A stretch of DNA of 32,000 nt from Mycolicibacterium smegmatis (GTDB lineage: Bacteria; Actinomycetota; Actinomycetes; Mycobacteriales; Mycobacteriaceae): assembly GCF_001457595.1 (NCBI RefSeq), contig NZ_LN831039.1:1140001-1172000 (forward strand), in the 5' to 3' direction. Below the pieces are notes generated by a model that was given only the letters and a program-made list of their open reading frames with translations, was not told the DNA's origin and did no database searches. The position numbers and the translations under genes were made by a program. Shown piece by piece: positions 18,926 through 26,460 of this stretch. Position 1 is the first letter of the stretch. Each line of letters starts with the position of its first letter.

Positions 18926-20278
18926 TCAAAGGTCGAAAAGTCGCCGCCGATCCCAGTCGGTGACCGCAAGCTGACTGGCGCGCAGTTCGCTGGACAAGAA
19001 CGTAGTGATGTGTTCGACGGCCGCCTCGCCGAGGGTCTGCCGAGTAACCGGGCTGTCGTAGAAAGCGTCGAGCGCTTCACCGAGTGACTCGGGCAGCGGC
19101 CGACCGATCTTCTCGGTGTAGGCGTTCCGCTGCCCCACTTCGTCGGCGGGAAGGAGGCCGCGTTCGATGCCTTCGAGTCCGGCCGCCAACAGTGCGGCAT
19201 ATCCCAGATAGGGATTGATGTCGGCGCCCGGGATGCGGTTCTCTAAGTGGCGGGCCGAGCCGTGGCCGGTGACGCGCAGCGCCACCGTGCGGTTGTCATC
19301 ACCCCAGGTGAGCGCAGTCGGGGCGAACGTGCCATCGCGAAAACGCTTGTATGAGTTCGGGTATGGCGCCCAAAGCAGGAAGAAATCACGTGCGAAAGCC
19401 TGCAGTCCGGCGCCGAAATGGCGTAACAGGTTCTCATCTGTGGCGAACAGATTGCTGCCGTTCTCATCGGTCAGCGAGATGTGCAGGTGCGAGCTCGATC
19501 CGGCCCAGTGGTCATCGACTTTGGCCATGAACGTTGCGCTCATTCCGTGGCGGCGGAAAATTTGGCGGGTGGCCATCTTGTAGAGCGCATGCTGATCGGC
19601 CATCCGCATCGGATCGGTGGGGACCAGGGTCACCTCATACTGGCCTGGACAGTATTCGGTCTTGGCGGTCTCGACCTCGATGCCGGTGCGCTGCAACGCG
19701 CCGAACAACTCCGCCATGATCGTCTCGTCGGTGCTGATGGCGCAGGCCAGCTCGGGTTGTAAGGTTTCGCGGATCGGTTTGAGACCGGTGAAGCCCTGTT
19801 GGGCAAGTGTTTCCGAGGTGTGCTGGAGCGCGAAGAACTCGAGCTCCGAGGTAACCAGAGGTTGGTAACCCGCACTGTGCGCACGCTCGATCTGTTTGCG
19901 CAGGATGTTGCGAGGTGACGCGAAAAACGGTGTGCCGTCACCGGTCACGACATCGGCGAACGCGATGCCGACACCGTCCTGCCAACCCATCGGGCGAAGA
20001 GTGTCGGGGTCGGTGACGAAGCGCAGGTCGCCGTAACCGTGATCCCATCCCACGCCGCTGAACCCGTCGAGAAGTTCATGGCCGAGTCCCCAACCGAACA
20101 CCACTTCGCAGGTATTTACGGCCTTCGACGCGGACGCCTGGTAGTGGGGCCAACTGTGTCGCCTTCCCAACAGGCGTCCGGCCAGATCGGGTGTTGCGAC
20201 GACGACCGCGCTGAACGGGTCGGTCGCTGTGTTGACGAAGCCGTTCGTCGTGGTGCGGGGCGAGGCAGCGTTCACCAT
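18926..20278 (-). CDS. Glutamine synthetase-like gamma-glutamyl ligase (GlnA-like/PuuA-like)
   Basis: GS catalytic-domain motifs (TSELEFF, KTEYCPGQYEV, MAKVDDHWAGSSSHLHISL, NSYKRF, NRTVALRV...ENRIPGADINPYL). ATG at 20278 is preceded by AGGAG. The N-terminal 31 aa of the track ORF are rejected. Confidence 0.85.
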   Translation of the reverse strand: MVNAASPRTTTNGFVNTATDPFSAVVVATPDLAGRLLGRRHSWPHYQASASKAVNTCEVVFGWGLGHELLDGFSGVGWDHGYGDLRFVTDPDTLRPMGWQDGVGIAFADVVTGDGTPFFASPRNILRKQIERAHSAGYQPLVTSELEFFALQHTSETLAQQGFTGLKPIRETLQPELACAISTDETIMAELFGALQRTGIEVETAKTEYCPGQYEVTLVPTDPMRMADQHALYKMATRQIFRRHGMSATFMAKVDDHWAGSSSHLHISLTDENGSNLFATDENLLRHFGAGLQAFARDFFLLWAPYPNSYKRFRDGTFAPTALTWGDDNRTVALRVTGHGSARHLENRIPGADINPYLGYAALLAAGLEGIERGLLPADEVGQRNAYTEKIGRPLPESLGEALDAFYDSPVTRQTLGEAAVEHITTFLSSELRASQLAVTDWDRRRLFDL

Positions 20279-20291
20279 TGAAGCTCCTAAA

Positions 20292-20316
20292 TGGACTAGG
20301 GTTGATCCATAGACCA
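20292..20316. promoter_or_regulatory. Imperfect 25-bp palindrome TGGACTAGGGTTGATCCATAGACCA in a divergent promoter (candidate GntR operator)
   Basis: 9 of 12 positions are self-complementary (outer arms TGGaCTA / TAGaCCA). It lies in an AT-rich spacer between the GS-like start (20278, -) and the GntR start (+). Confidence 0.3.
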
Positions 20317-20373
20317 ATCGAAGATACAGTACGACGCGTGTCACGCAACACTGCTGCAGAGGGCGCATCAAAC

Positions 20374-21093
20374 GTGGTCAACGACGTAGTTTTCCGTCCG
20401 GTACGGGGCGGGAACATCGTCGAGGAGACGGTCGATCGACTGGTGGGCGCCATCACACTTGGTGTGATTCCGTTCGGGGGTCAGCTCCCCGTCGAACGAG
20501 ACCTGTCCCAAAAACTGGGAGTCAGCAGAACGACCCTGCGCCAGGCGATCCGCACTCTGGAAGAGCGCGGTGTCGTCGAGGTCCGCCTGGGCCGGGGCGG
20601 TGGCACGTTTGTCCGGCACCGTTCGACGCTGCCGCCGGCTGAAGAAGCCCGGGCACGCGTCGTCGCCATGGGCGATGATCTCGATGACACGTTGGATTAC
20701 CGACAGGTGCTCGAACCTGCCGCCGCCGAACTGGCTGCCCGCCGGCGTAAGCCAGGAGCGGGTGAGTGGCTGGAGAGCCTTCTGAGCGACACCCGGCCGC
20801 CGACGCTCGCCGAGTACCGCATCAACGACGCCCGGTTTCATCTCGCCATCGCAGAACTTGCCGGGGTGCCTTCGTTGACCGCCGCCGTGGCCGACGTCGA
20901 GGTGAGGATTGCCGCACCGCTGGCGCTTCTGCCGCCGTGGGATGACGCTTTGGAGCGGTCCGACCGAGAACATCACGCACTGGCCTACGCGATCGGCCGG
21001 GGGAACGCCGATGAGGCACGCCAGATCATGACCGAGCACCTGTCCTGCACTGCCCATCTGTTGAGGGACCTGAGGCTGCCGTCGCCATCCTGA
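20374..21093 (+). CDS. GntR-family (FadR/FCD-type) transcriptional regulator
   Basis: wHTH LPVERDLSQKLGVSRTTLRQAIRTLEERGVVEV followed by an all-helical FCD-like C-domain. The start is uncertain (GTG at 20374 or 20338). The TTG at 20278 in the track overlaps the divergent gene's ATG and is rejected. Confidence 0.8.
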   Translation: MVNDVVFRPVRGGNIVEETVDRLVGAITLGVIPFGGQLPVERDLSQKLGVSRTTLRQAIRTLEERGVVEVRLGRGGGTFVRHRSTLPPAEEARARVVAMGDDLDDTLDYRQVLEPAAAELAARRRKPGAGEWLESLLSDTRPPTLAEYRINDARFHLAIAELAGVPSLTAAVADVEVRIAAPLALLPPWDDALERSDREHHALAYAIGRGNADEARQIMTEHLSCTAHLLRDLRLPSPS

Positions 21094-21112
21094 TCTGATT
21101 TCTATCTGTCAC

Positions 21113-21136
21113 GGTCACACGCCGTCTGGTGTGACC
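21113..21136. promoter_or_regulatory. Perfect inverted repeat GGTCACAC-N8-GTGTGACC (operator and/or terminator candidate)
   Basis: Located 20 nt after the GntR stop and 45 nt before the permease ATG. It contains the GT..AC cores typical of GntR/FadR operators. Confidence 0.4.
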
Positions 21137-21180
21137 GCCCTGTTGTTGTACCCACCTGTATCTCAACGAGGAGAACCGAC

Positions 21181-22716
21181 ATGTCCGAAGACGTCAGTGA
21201 AATACACCGGAGCGCAAGGGAAAATCGCCTGAAACCGAATGCGCTGGGGCTGACGAGCGTGGTGTTCATGGTTGTTGCCACCGCTGCGCCGATCACCGCG
21301 ATCACCAGCAACATGCCGATCATGGTGGGTCTCGGCACGGGTGTCGGTACGCCTGCGGGCTTCCTGTTGGCAACGGTCACCCTGTCGATTTTCTCGGTCG
21401 GATTCGTGGCAATCGCACGACATGTCACCAGTGCCGGGGCCTTCTACGGGTTCATATCGCGTGGGCTCGGCCGCATCGTCGGCCTTGGGTCGGGATTGCT
21501 GACCACGGCGTCCTACATGATGTTCGAGGTCACTTTGGTCGCACTATTCGGTGTTTTCACCAAGGAGACCATGGCCGCCGAACTGGGTGTGGATTTGCCG
21601 TGGTGGGTATACACCTTCACGCTCATCGCGGTCATCGCCGTGCTCACATACTTCGAAATTGAGCTCACGGCAAAGGTTCTCGGCATAGCACTGGCAGCAG
21701 AAGTGCTCATCCTGGCCGCCATTGCGCTGGCGGTGCTGGCCAACGGTGGCGGGCCCGAAGGCATCTCCGCAGCACCCCTGAGCCCGGCCGAGGCGTTCGC
21801 CGGCCCCTCGGTGGGCCTGGGCCTGTTCTTCGCGTTCTGGTGCTGGATGGGCTTCGAATCCACCGCCCTGTACGGTGAGGAATCGAAGAATCCTCGGCGT
21901 ACCGTCCCCGTTGCGACCTTCATCGTGGTCATCGGCGTCGGTTTGTTCTACGCCTTTGTGAGCTGGATGATCATGTCGGGCAACGGCATCGAGCAAACCG
22001 CTGCCCTCGCGGCGTCGGACAGCCCGTTCGAGACGGTATTCGCGCCGACCCGTGAATTCCTCGGCGAGTGGGCCGTGCTGATCTTCCGCTGGCTCCTGCT
22101 GACCGGAACATTCGCCTGCGCAATGGCATTCCACAACTGCGCGTCCCGGTACCTGTATGCGCTCGGGCGCGAGCGCATCCTGCCGGGTGTGCTGGGTCGT
22201 ACACATCCGCGCTATGGGTCACCGTGGGTGGCGTCGATCGTCCAGTCGGCATTTGTGGTGATCGTCACCCTGTGCTACTGGTCCAGCGGACTGGATCCGT
22301 ACGTCGGTCAGTACACGCTTTCGGCATTGTTGGGCACCATGGGAATCATTGTGGTCCAGGCACTCTGCTCGCTGGCGGTCACGGCGTACTTCTGGCGTAA
22401 TCCCGATAAGCGACCGCATTTCCTCGTCTGGGTCGTGGCGCCCATCCTCGGTGCGTTGGCGATGATCGGCGCTGTGTTGCTGCTCGTGCTCAACATGGAC
22501 GCAGCCGCCGGCGGGCCCGCAGCATCGACGCTGCTGTTCCGGCTGATCCCCTGGATTGTCGGTGCCGTGTTCATCGCGGGTTGCGTGTTGGCAGTGTGGC
22601 TGCGCAAATCGGCTCCCCAGCGGTATGAGCTCATCGGCCACCTCGATGTCGTCGCTCCAGGTGGTGTCGAGAACGGCCCGGAGGGAACGAAGTCGTTTCC
22701 CGCGGCGATGAACTGA
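21181..22716 (+). CDS. APC-superfamily amino acid/amine permease
   Basis: 511 aa with about 12 hydrophobic helices and typical APC features (FFAFWCWMGFESTALYGEESKNPRRTVP). SD GAGGAG upstream. Confidence 0.85.
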   Translation: MSEDVSEIHRSARENRLKPNALGLTSVVFMVVATAAPITAITSNMPIMVGLGTGVGTPAGFLLATVTLSIFSVGFVAIARHVTSAGAFYGFISRGLGRIVGLGSGLLTTASYMMFEVTLVALFGVFTKETMAAELGVDLPWWVYTFTLIAVIAVLTYFEIELTAKVLGIALAAEVLILAAIALAVLANGGGPEGISAAPLSPAEAFAGPSVGLGLFFAFWCWMGFESTALYGEESKNPRRTVPVATFIVVIGVGLFYAFVSWMIMSGNGIEQTAALAASDSPFETVFAPTREFLGEWAVLIFRWLLLTGTFACAMAFHNCASRYLYALGRERILPGVLGRTHPRYGSPWVASIVQSAFVVIVTLCYWSSGLDPYVGQYTLSALLGTMGIIVVQALCSLAVTAYFWRNPDKRPHFLVWVVAPILGALAMIGAVLLLVLNMDAAAGGPAASTLLFRLIPWIVGAVFIAGCVLAVWLRKSAPQRYELIGHLDVVAPGGVENGPEGTKSFPAAMN

Positions 22717-23432
22717 TGGCGAATCGTCCGCTCATCGGGCTGACCACCTACCGTGAGTCGATCCGCTGGGGCAAGTGGCACATGCCGGCTTTGTTCACCC
22801 CGGAGACGTACGTCTCGGCGGTGGATCGTGCCGGAGGCGAACCGCTCCTGCTGCCCACAGCTCTCGGTCACGCACGGTCGGCGGTGTTGGCACTCGTCGA
22901 CGGCCTTCTGGTCGTCGGCGGTGCCGATATCGCCGCGGAAAATTACGGCGAGCGCACGCAGCCGGAAACGGATCCTCGGCCGGTGCGCGACCGTGGTGAG
23001 CTGGAAGCGCTCGACTATGCGCTGGGCAACGATCTGCCGGTGCTCGGGGTCTGCCGAGGCATGCAACTGATCAACGTGCACGCGGGCGGTTCCCTGATCC
23101 AACATCTACCGACACAGGTCGGGCATCACGAACACCTCCGGACTCCAGGAGAATTCGGAAGTCACCCGGTGCGGGTCGACCAGGCAAGCAGGATCTCCAC
23201 GGTCGTCGGCCCGGGACCTGTGGTGACCACATACCACCACCAGGGCATCGGGCGGCTTGGTAGCGGATTGAAAGCGGTCGCCTGGGCCGACGACGGCGTG
23301 ATCGAGGCAGTCGAATCCACCACCCATTCCTACGTAATCGGCGTGCAGTGGCACGCCGAGCGGGACGACGGAACGCCGCTGATCGAGGCGTTCGTCGAAC
23401 AATGCGCGCGAAGAAAGGCGAAATGGCCATGA
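22716..23432 (+). CDS. Gamma-glutamyl-gamma-aminobutyrate hydrolase family protein (PuuD-like, peptidase C26 / class-I GATase)
   Basis: GLTTY..., the nucleophile motif LGVCRGMQLIN, and VQWHAE (His/Glu). The ATG overlaps the permease stop (ATGA-type, 22714-22718). Confidence 0.85.
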   Translation: MANRPLIGLTTYRESIRWGKWHMPALFTPETYVSAVDRAGGEPLLLPTALGHARSAVLALVDGLLVVGGADIAAENYGERTQPETDPRPVRDRGELEALDYALGNDLPVLGVCRGMQLINVHAGGSLIQHLPTQVGHHEHLRTPGEFGSHPVRVDQASRISTVVGPGPVVTTYHHQGIGRLGSGLKAVAWADDGVIEAVESTTHSYVIGVQWHAERDDGTPLIEAFVEQCARRKAKWP

Positions 23433-24400
23433 TGAACGGCGAGCTCCGAATCGCCATCGCACAGAAAGCACCGGTGTTTCTCAACCGGGCGGCCACGACA
23501 GAGTTGGTCTTGAGCACAATCGCGGAGGCGGCCGCCGCGGGGGCCCGCTTGGTGGTCTTCCCGGAGACCTTCCTTCCCGGGTACCCGATGTGGGTGTGCC
23601 GCACAGACGGTGCAGTGTTCGACGACGCGGACCAGAAAGCGGCGCACGCCTACTATCTGGACCAGGCAGTCGAGGCCGACGGACCGGAACTACGCTCGAT
23701 CGCGCAGTGCGCGCGTGACCACGGGGTGCTCGTCTATCTCGGTATCGCCGAACGTGGGCACGCGGCCGCGCGAGGGACCGTGTTCTGTTCGCTGGCCACG
23801 ATCGAACCCGAACGCGGGCACGTCACCATCCATCGGAAGCTTTTGGCAACCTACGACGAACGGTTGGTCTGGGGACACGGAGACGGGTATGGGTTGCGCT
23901 GCCACAACCTCGACGGCGTGAACCTCGGAGGGTTGATCTGCTGGGAGAACTGGATGCCGCAGGCGCGCCATGCGTTGTACGCCGACGGTGAGGATGTGCA
24001 CATCAGTGTGTGGCCCGGCAACAAGAGCCTGACCAAGGACATCTCGCGATTCATCGCGCTCGAAGGGCGGGTGTGGTCCGTGGCGGCGGCGGCGGTGCTG
24101 ACGAGTGAGCACATCCCAGCCGATTTCCCGTTGGCCGAGCAACTTGCGGCCCGCGGGCCTGAAACCTACTTCGACGGTGGATCTGCCGTCGTATCACCGA
24201 CCGGCGAGTTCGTCGTCGAACCCGTTGTGGGCGAGGAACGTCTGATCATTGCGGATCTGAGTTCCGCAGCCGTCCGTGAAGAGCGATTGCTGTTCGACGC
24301 GACCGGTCACTATGCGCGACCGGACGTCTTTACCTGCACGGTCGATCGCCGCCGCAGAGATCCGGTGCAGTTCGTTGACGGTCAGGGCGTGTCCCGTTGA
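23423..24400 (+). CDS. Nitrilase / carbon-nitrogen hydrolase
   Basis: Glu-Lys-Cys triad in context: VVFPETFLPGYP, HRKLLATYDER, GLICWENWMP. The start ATG is at 23423, 23429 or 23432 and overlaps or abuts the PuuD-like stop (23430-23432). Confidence 0.85.
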   Translation: MAMMNGELRIAIAQKAPVFLNRAATTELVLSTIAEAAAAGARLVVFPETFLPGYPMWVCRTDGAVFDDADQKAAHAYYLDQAVEADGPELRSIAQCARDHGVLVYLGIAERGHAAARGTVFCSLATIEPERGHVTIHRKLLATYDERLVWGHGDGYGLRCHNLDGVNLGGLICWENWMPQARHALYADGEDVHISVWPGNKSLTKDISRFIALEGRVWSVAAAAVLTSEHIPADFPLAEQLAARGPETYFDGGSAVVSPTGEFVVEPVVGEERLIIADLSSAAVREERLLFDATGHYARPDVFTCTVDRRRRDPVQFVDGQGVSR

Positions 24401-24780
24401 GCGTGCAGGTGTTGTCGGCGATCGCCTTGGTCATGATTGCGATCGCGGCCTGGTCCGGGTGGTTGTTGGAGATCAACCACCGCAAACCGCAATTGCTGGA
24501 GAAAGTCGGCATCGTTGCCATCCGGCCGATCTTGCAGGCCCACCTCGATTGGTTGTTGATGGGCGCCGTGCTGATCGGTGTCGACGTGATCGTGCCAGAC
24601 AGGCCTGGATGGATCACGTTCCTGTTGGGCTACGGGGCGATCATCAACCCGGTGTTGTTCCTGCCGCTGGCGTTCCGCGGACGCGGCCTCAAGCCGCTGC
24701 CATGGCAGATCCTCATGTTCAGTTCATTCGGTGCACTGAGCATCGGTTTCACCGCACTGGCCGTGCACGCGCTCATCTGA
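24397..24780 (+). CDS. Small integral membrane protein (127 aa, about 4 TM), function unknown
   Basis: Four hydrophobic segments. The TTG at 24397 overlaps the nitrilase stop (TTGA). An alternative GTG lies at 24403. No family recognised. Confidence 0.55.
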   Translation: MSVQVLSAIALVMIAIAAWSGWLLEINHRKPQLLEKVGIVAIRPILQAHLDWLLMGAVLIGVDVIVPDRPGWITFLLGYGAIINPVLFLPLAFRGRGLKPLPWQILMFSSFGALSIGFTALAVHALI

Positions 24781-24970
24781 CGTGCCCGCACGCGCACCGT
24801 TACCGAGTACGCGGTCCATGCGGCGCTGGCATTCGTCGTCGACCTCGGGCCTCTGGTGGGCTACGAGAACTCCGCGTGTGCGCGGGCCCGGATGATGGAG
24901 GTGACGCTCACCGGCACGCTGCGGTCGGCGACGGCAGCGCCCGCCGCGCGCAGACCGCCACCCCGCTTAC

Positions 24971-24985
24971 TGAAAACTGTTCTCA
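24971..24985. promoter_or_regulatory. Zur-box-like palindrome TGAAAACTGTTCTCA
   Basis: 15-bp palindrome with one mismatched pair. It resembles the actinobacterial Zur box TGAAAATGATTTTCA. It ends 20 nt upstream of the GTG of a COG0523 GTPase, a classic Zur target. Confidence 0.5.
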
Positions 24986-25004
24986 ACAACCTTACGATGG
25001 CCGG

Positions 25005-26003
25005 GTGAGGACAACCGGATCTGTACCCGTGCTGGCCCTCGCTGGATACCTGGGGGCGGGCAAGACCACGCTGCTCAACCATCTGCTGCGCAACAGTCGC
25101 GGCGTGCGCATCGGTGCCCTGGTGAACGACTTCGGCGCGGTGAACATCGACGCCATGTTGGTGGCCGGTCAGGTCGACGCGATGGCCGGGCTGACCAACG
25201 GGTGTATCTGCTGTGCCGTGGACGCCGACGAGGCAGGGGAGATGCTCGGCAAGCTCGCGGCCGTGAAGCCGCGTCTGGACCTCATCGTCGTGGAGGCCAG
25301 CGGGCTCGCCGAGCCTGCCGCGCTCGCGCGCACCATCGCCATGGCCGACGACACGCGCTACCACTACGCGGGGCTGGTGCTCGTGGTCGACGCCGTCGAA
25401 TCCACCCGTGCCGAACTGGGCAACAACGTCCAGGTGGCCGACCTCGTCGTGGTCAACAAAGCCGATCAGGTCAGCGACGCCGAACTGGAGGCCGTCCGCG
25501 CCAAGATCACCGCCCTCAACGATCGAGTCCCGGTGCTGCCCACCGAATTCGGACGCGTCGACCCTGAGCTGCTCATCGACCCGCCGCAGCAGGTGCCCAG
25601 GGTCGCGCAGCTGAGTCTCGACGAACTGCTCTGGGAGACATACGATCACGACCATCACGAGCACGCGACGTTCCAGAGCGTCGCATTCACGTCCGATGTG
25701 CCGCTCGATCCGCGGCGGTTCATGGACTTGCTCAAGAACCGCCCGGCCGGGATGTACCGCGCCAAGGGTTTTGTCGACTTCGGCGATGCCGGCGAGGGCC
25801 GCAAGTTCGTCCTGCAACTCGTCGGTGGATCGCTGCGGTTCGAGCGCCGGCGCTGGGACCGCGGCGAGGCCCGCCGGACATCCCTCGTGCTGATCGGCAC
25901 GGACATCGACGAGGCGGCCGCATTGTCTGCTCTGCAGGGGTGCGCGACCGCTGAACCCGCCGACAAGCAGGCCATCCTCGGCGTCCTGCGTTACACCGAC
26001 TGA
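25005..26003 (+). CDS. CobW/COG0523-family G3E GTPase (putative zinc metallochaperone)
   Basis: Walker A GYLGAGKTTLLNHLL, the CxCC motif GCICC, NKAD, and the His-rich stretch YDHDHHEH before the CobW C-domain. GTG start at 25005. The 243-aa N-terminal extension of the 575-aa track ORF overlaps two better genes and is rejected. Confidence 0.9.
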   Translation: MRTTGSVPVLALAGYLGAGKTTLLNHLLRNSRGVRIGALVNDFGAVNIDAMLVAGQVDAMAGLTNGCICCAVDADEAGEMLGKLAAVKPRLDLIVVEASGLAEPAALARTIAMADDTRYHYAGLVLVVDAVESTRAELGNNVQVADLVVVNKADQVSDAELEAVRAKITALNDRVPVLPTEFGRVDPELLIDPPQQVPRVAQLSLDELLWETYDHDHHEHATFQSVAFTSDVPLDPRRFMDLLKNRPAGMYRAKGFVDFGDAGEGRKFVLQLVGGSLRFERRRWDRGEARRTSLVLIGTDIDEAAALSALQGCATAEPADKQAILGVLRYTD

Positions 26004-26014
26004 GCATTTCGTCG

Positions 26015-26067
26015 ATTTCTGCACCAGGGCTGCGAATCCCGCGTCATCGCGACCCTCATGCAGAAAT
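26015..26067. promoter_or_regulatory. Inverted repeat ATTTCTGCA-N35-TGCAGAAAT (extendable to about 13 bp) between the GTPase gene and the ferredoxin gene
   Basis: Perfect 9-bp arms, then CC/CA mismatches, then AGGG/CCCT. It could be a terminator stem for the GTPase gene or an operator upstream of the ferredoxin promoter. Confidence 0.35.
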
Positions 26068-26103
26068 CGGCGCATCTCTATTTTTTACAAGTGAGAGTTG
26101 GAG

Positions 26104-26109
26104 TAATAT
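26104..26109 (+). promoter_or_regulatory. Candidate -10 hexamer TAATAT placed for a leaderless ferredoxin transcript
   Basis: TAATAT ends 6 nt before the ATG at 26116, and no SD lies between them. The surrounding 40 bp are AT-rich (TCTATTTTTTACAAGTGAGAGTTGGAGTAATAT). The geometry is typical of mycobacterial leaderless mRNAs. Confidence 0.4.
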
Positions 26110-26115
26110 GACGCC

Positions 26116-26460
26116 ATGACATACGTGATCGGCCGGCCGTGCGTGGACGTCAAAGACCGCGCATGCGTGGATGAGTGCCCGGTCGACTGCATCTACGAGG
26201 GCGCGCGGATGCTCTACATCCGCCCCGACGAATGTGTCGACTGTGGCGCGTGTGAACCCGTGTGCCCGGTGGAGGCGATCTACTACGAGGACGACCTGCC
26301 CGAGGATCTGCAGCCGTACCAGGAGGAGAACGCGAAGTTCTTCACCGATGTCCTGCCCGGGCGTGCCCAACCGCTCGGATCACCGGGCGGTGCCGCGAAA
26401 CTCGGTGTCGTGGACGCCGATACGCCCATGGTGGCGCAGTTGCCGCCGCAGGGGGACTGA
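26116..26460 (+). CDS. fdxA: 7Fe ferredoxin (3Fe-4S + 4Fe-4S), FdxA-like
   Basis: MTYVIGRPCVDVKDRACVDECPVDCIYEG...CVDCGACEPVCPVEAIYYEDDLP carries the classic CxxxxxxCxxxCP and CxxCxxCxxxCP clusters. At 114 aa it matches the size of mycobacterial FdxA. Confidence 0.9.
   Translation: MTYVIGRPCVDVKDRACVDECPVDCIYEGARMLYIRPDECVDCGACEPVCPVEAIYYEDDLPEDLQPYQEENAKFFTDVLPGRAQPLGSPGGAAKLGVVDADTPMVAQLPPQGD

Noticed and set aside
20278-20373. TTG at 20278 as the start of the GntR regulator (the track's 271-aa version).
   Set aside because: It would overlap the ATG and SD of the divergent GS-like gene and add about 30 residues before the wHTH that no FadR-type regulator needs. The GTG at 20374 (or 20338) leaves a sensible divergent promoter.
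18786-24800. Mobile element or genomic island with identifiable borders.
   Set aside because: G+C is lower here, but I found no integrase, transposase or recombinase ORF, no tRNA gene and no flanking direct or inverted repeats. I report only a compositional anomaly, not a mobile element.
24276-25004. N-terminal 243 aa of the 575-aa ORF that ends in the COG0523 GTPase.
   Set aside because: This part overlaps the nitrilase 3' end and the whole 127-aa membrane-protein gene in other frames and is Arg/Pro-rich nonsense. The GTPase fold starts at the Walker A motif just after the GTG at 25005, which is preceded by the Zur-like box.
26027-26040. GGGCTGCGAATCCC upstream of fdxA as a possible DosR/DevR box (GGG-N8-CCC).
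   Set aside because: Only the outer GGG/CCC match the TTSGGGACTWWAGTCCCSAA consensus. The inner ACT..AGT positions do not match. I saw no other GGGAC/GTCCC pair in any promoter region of the block.
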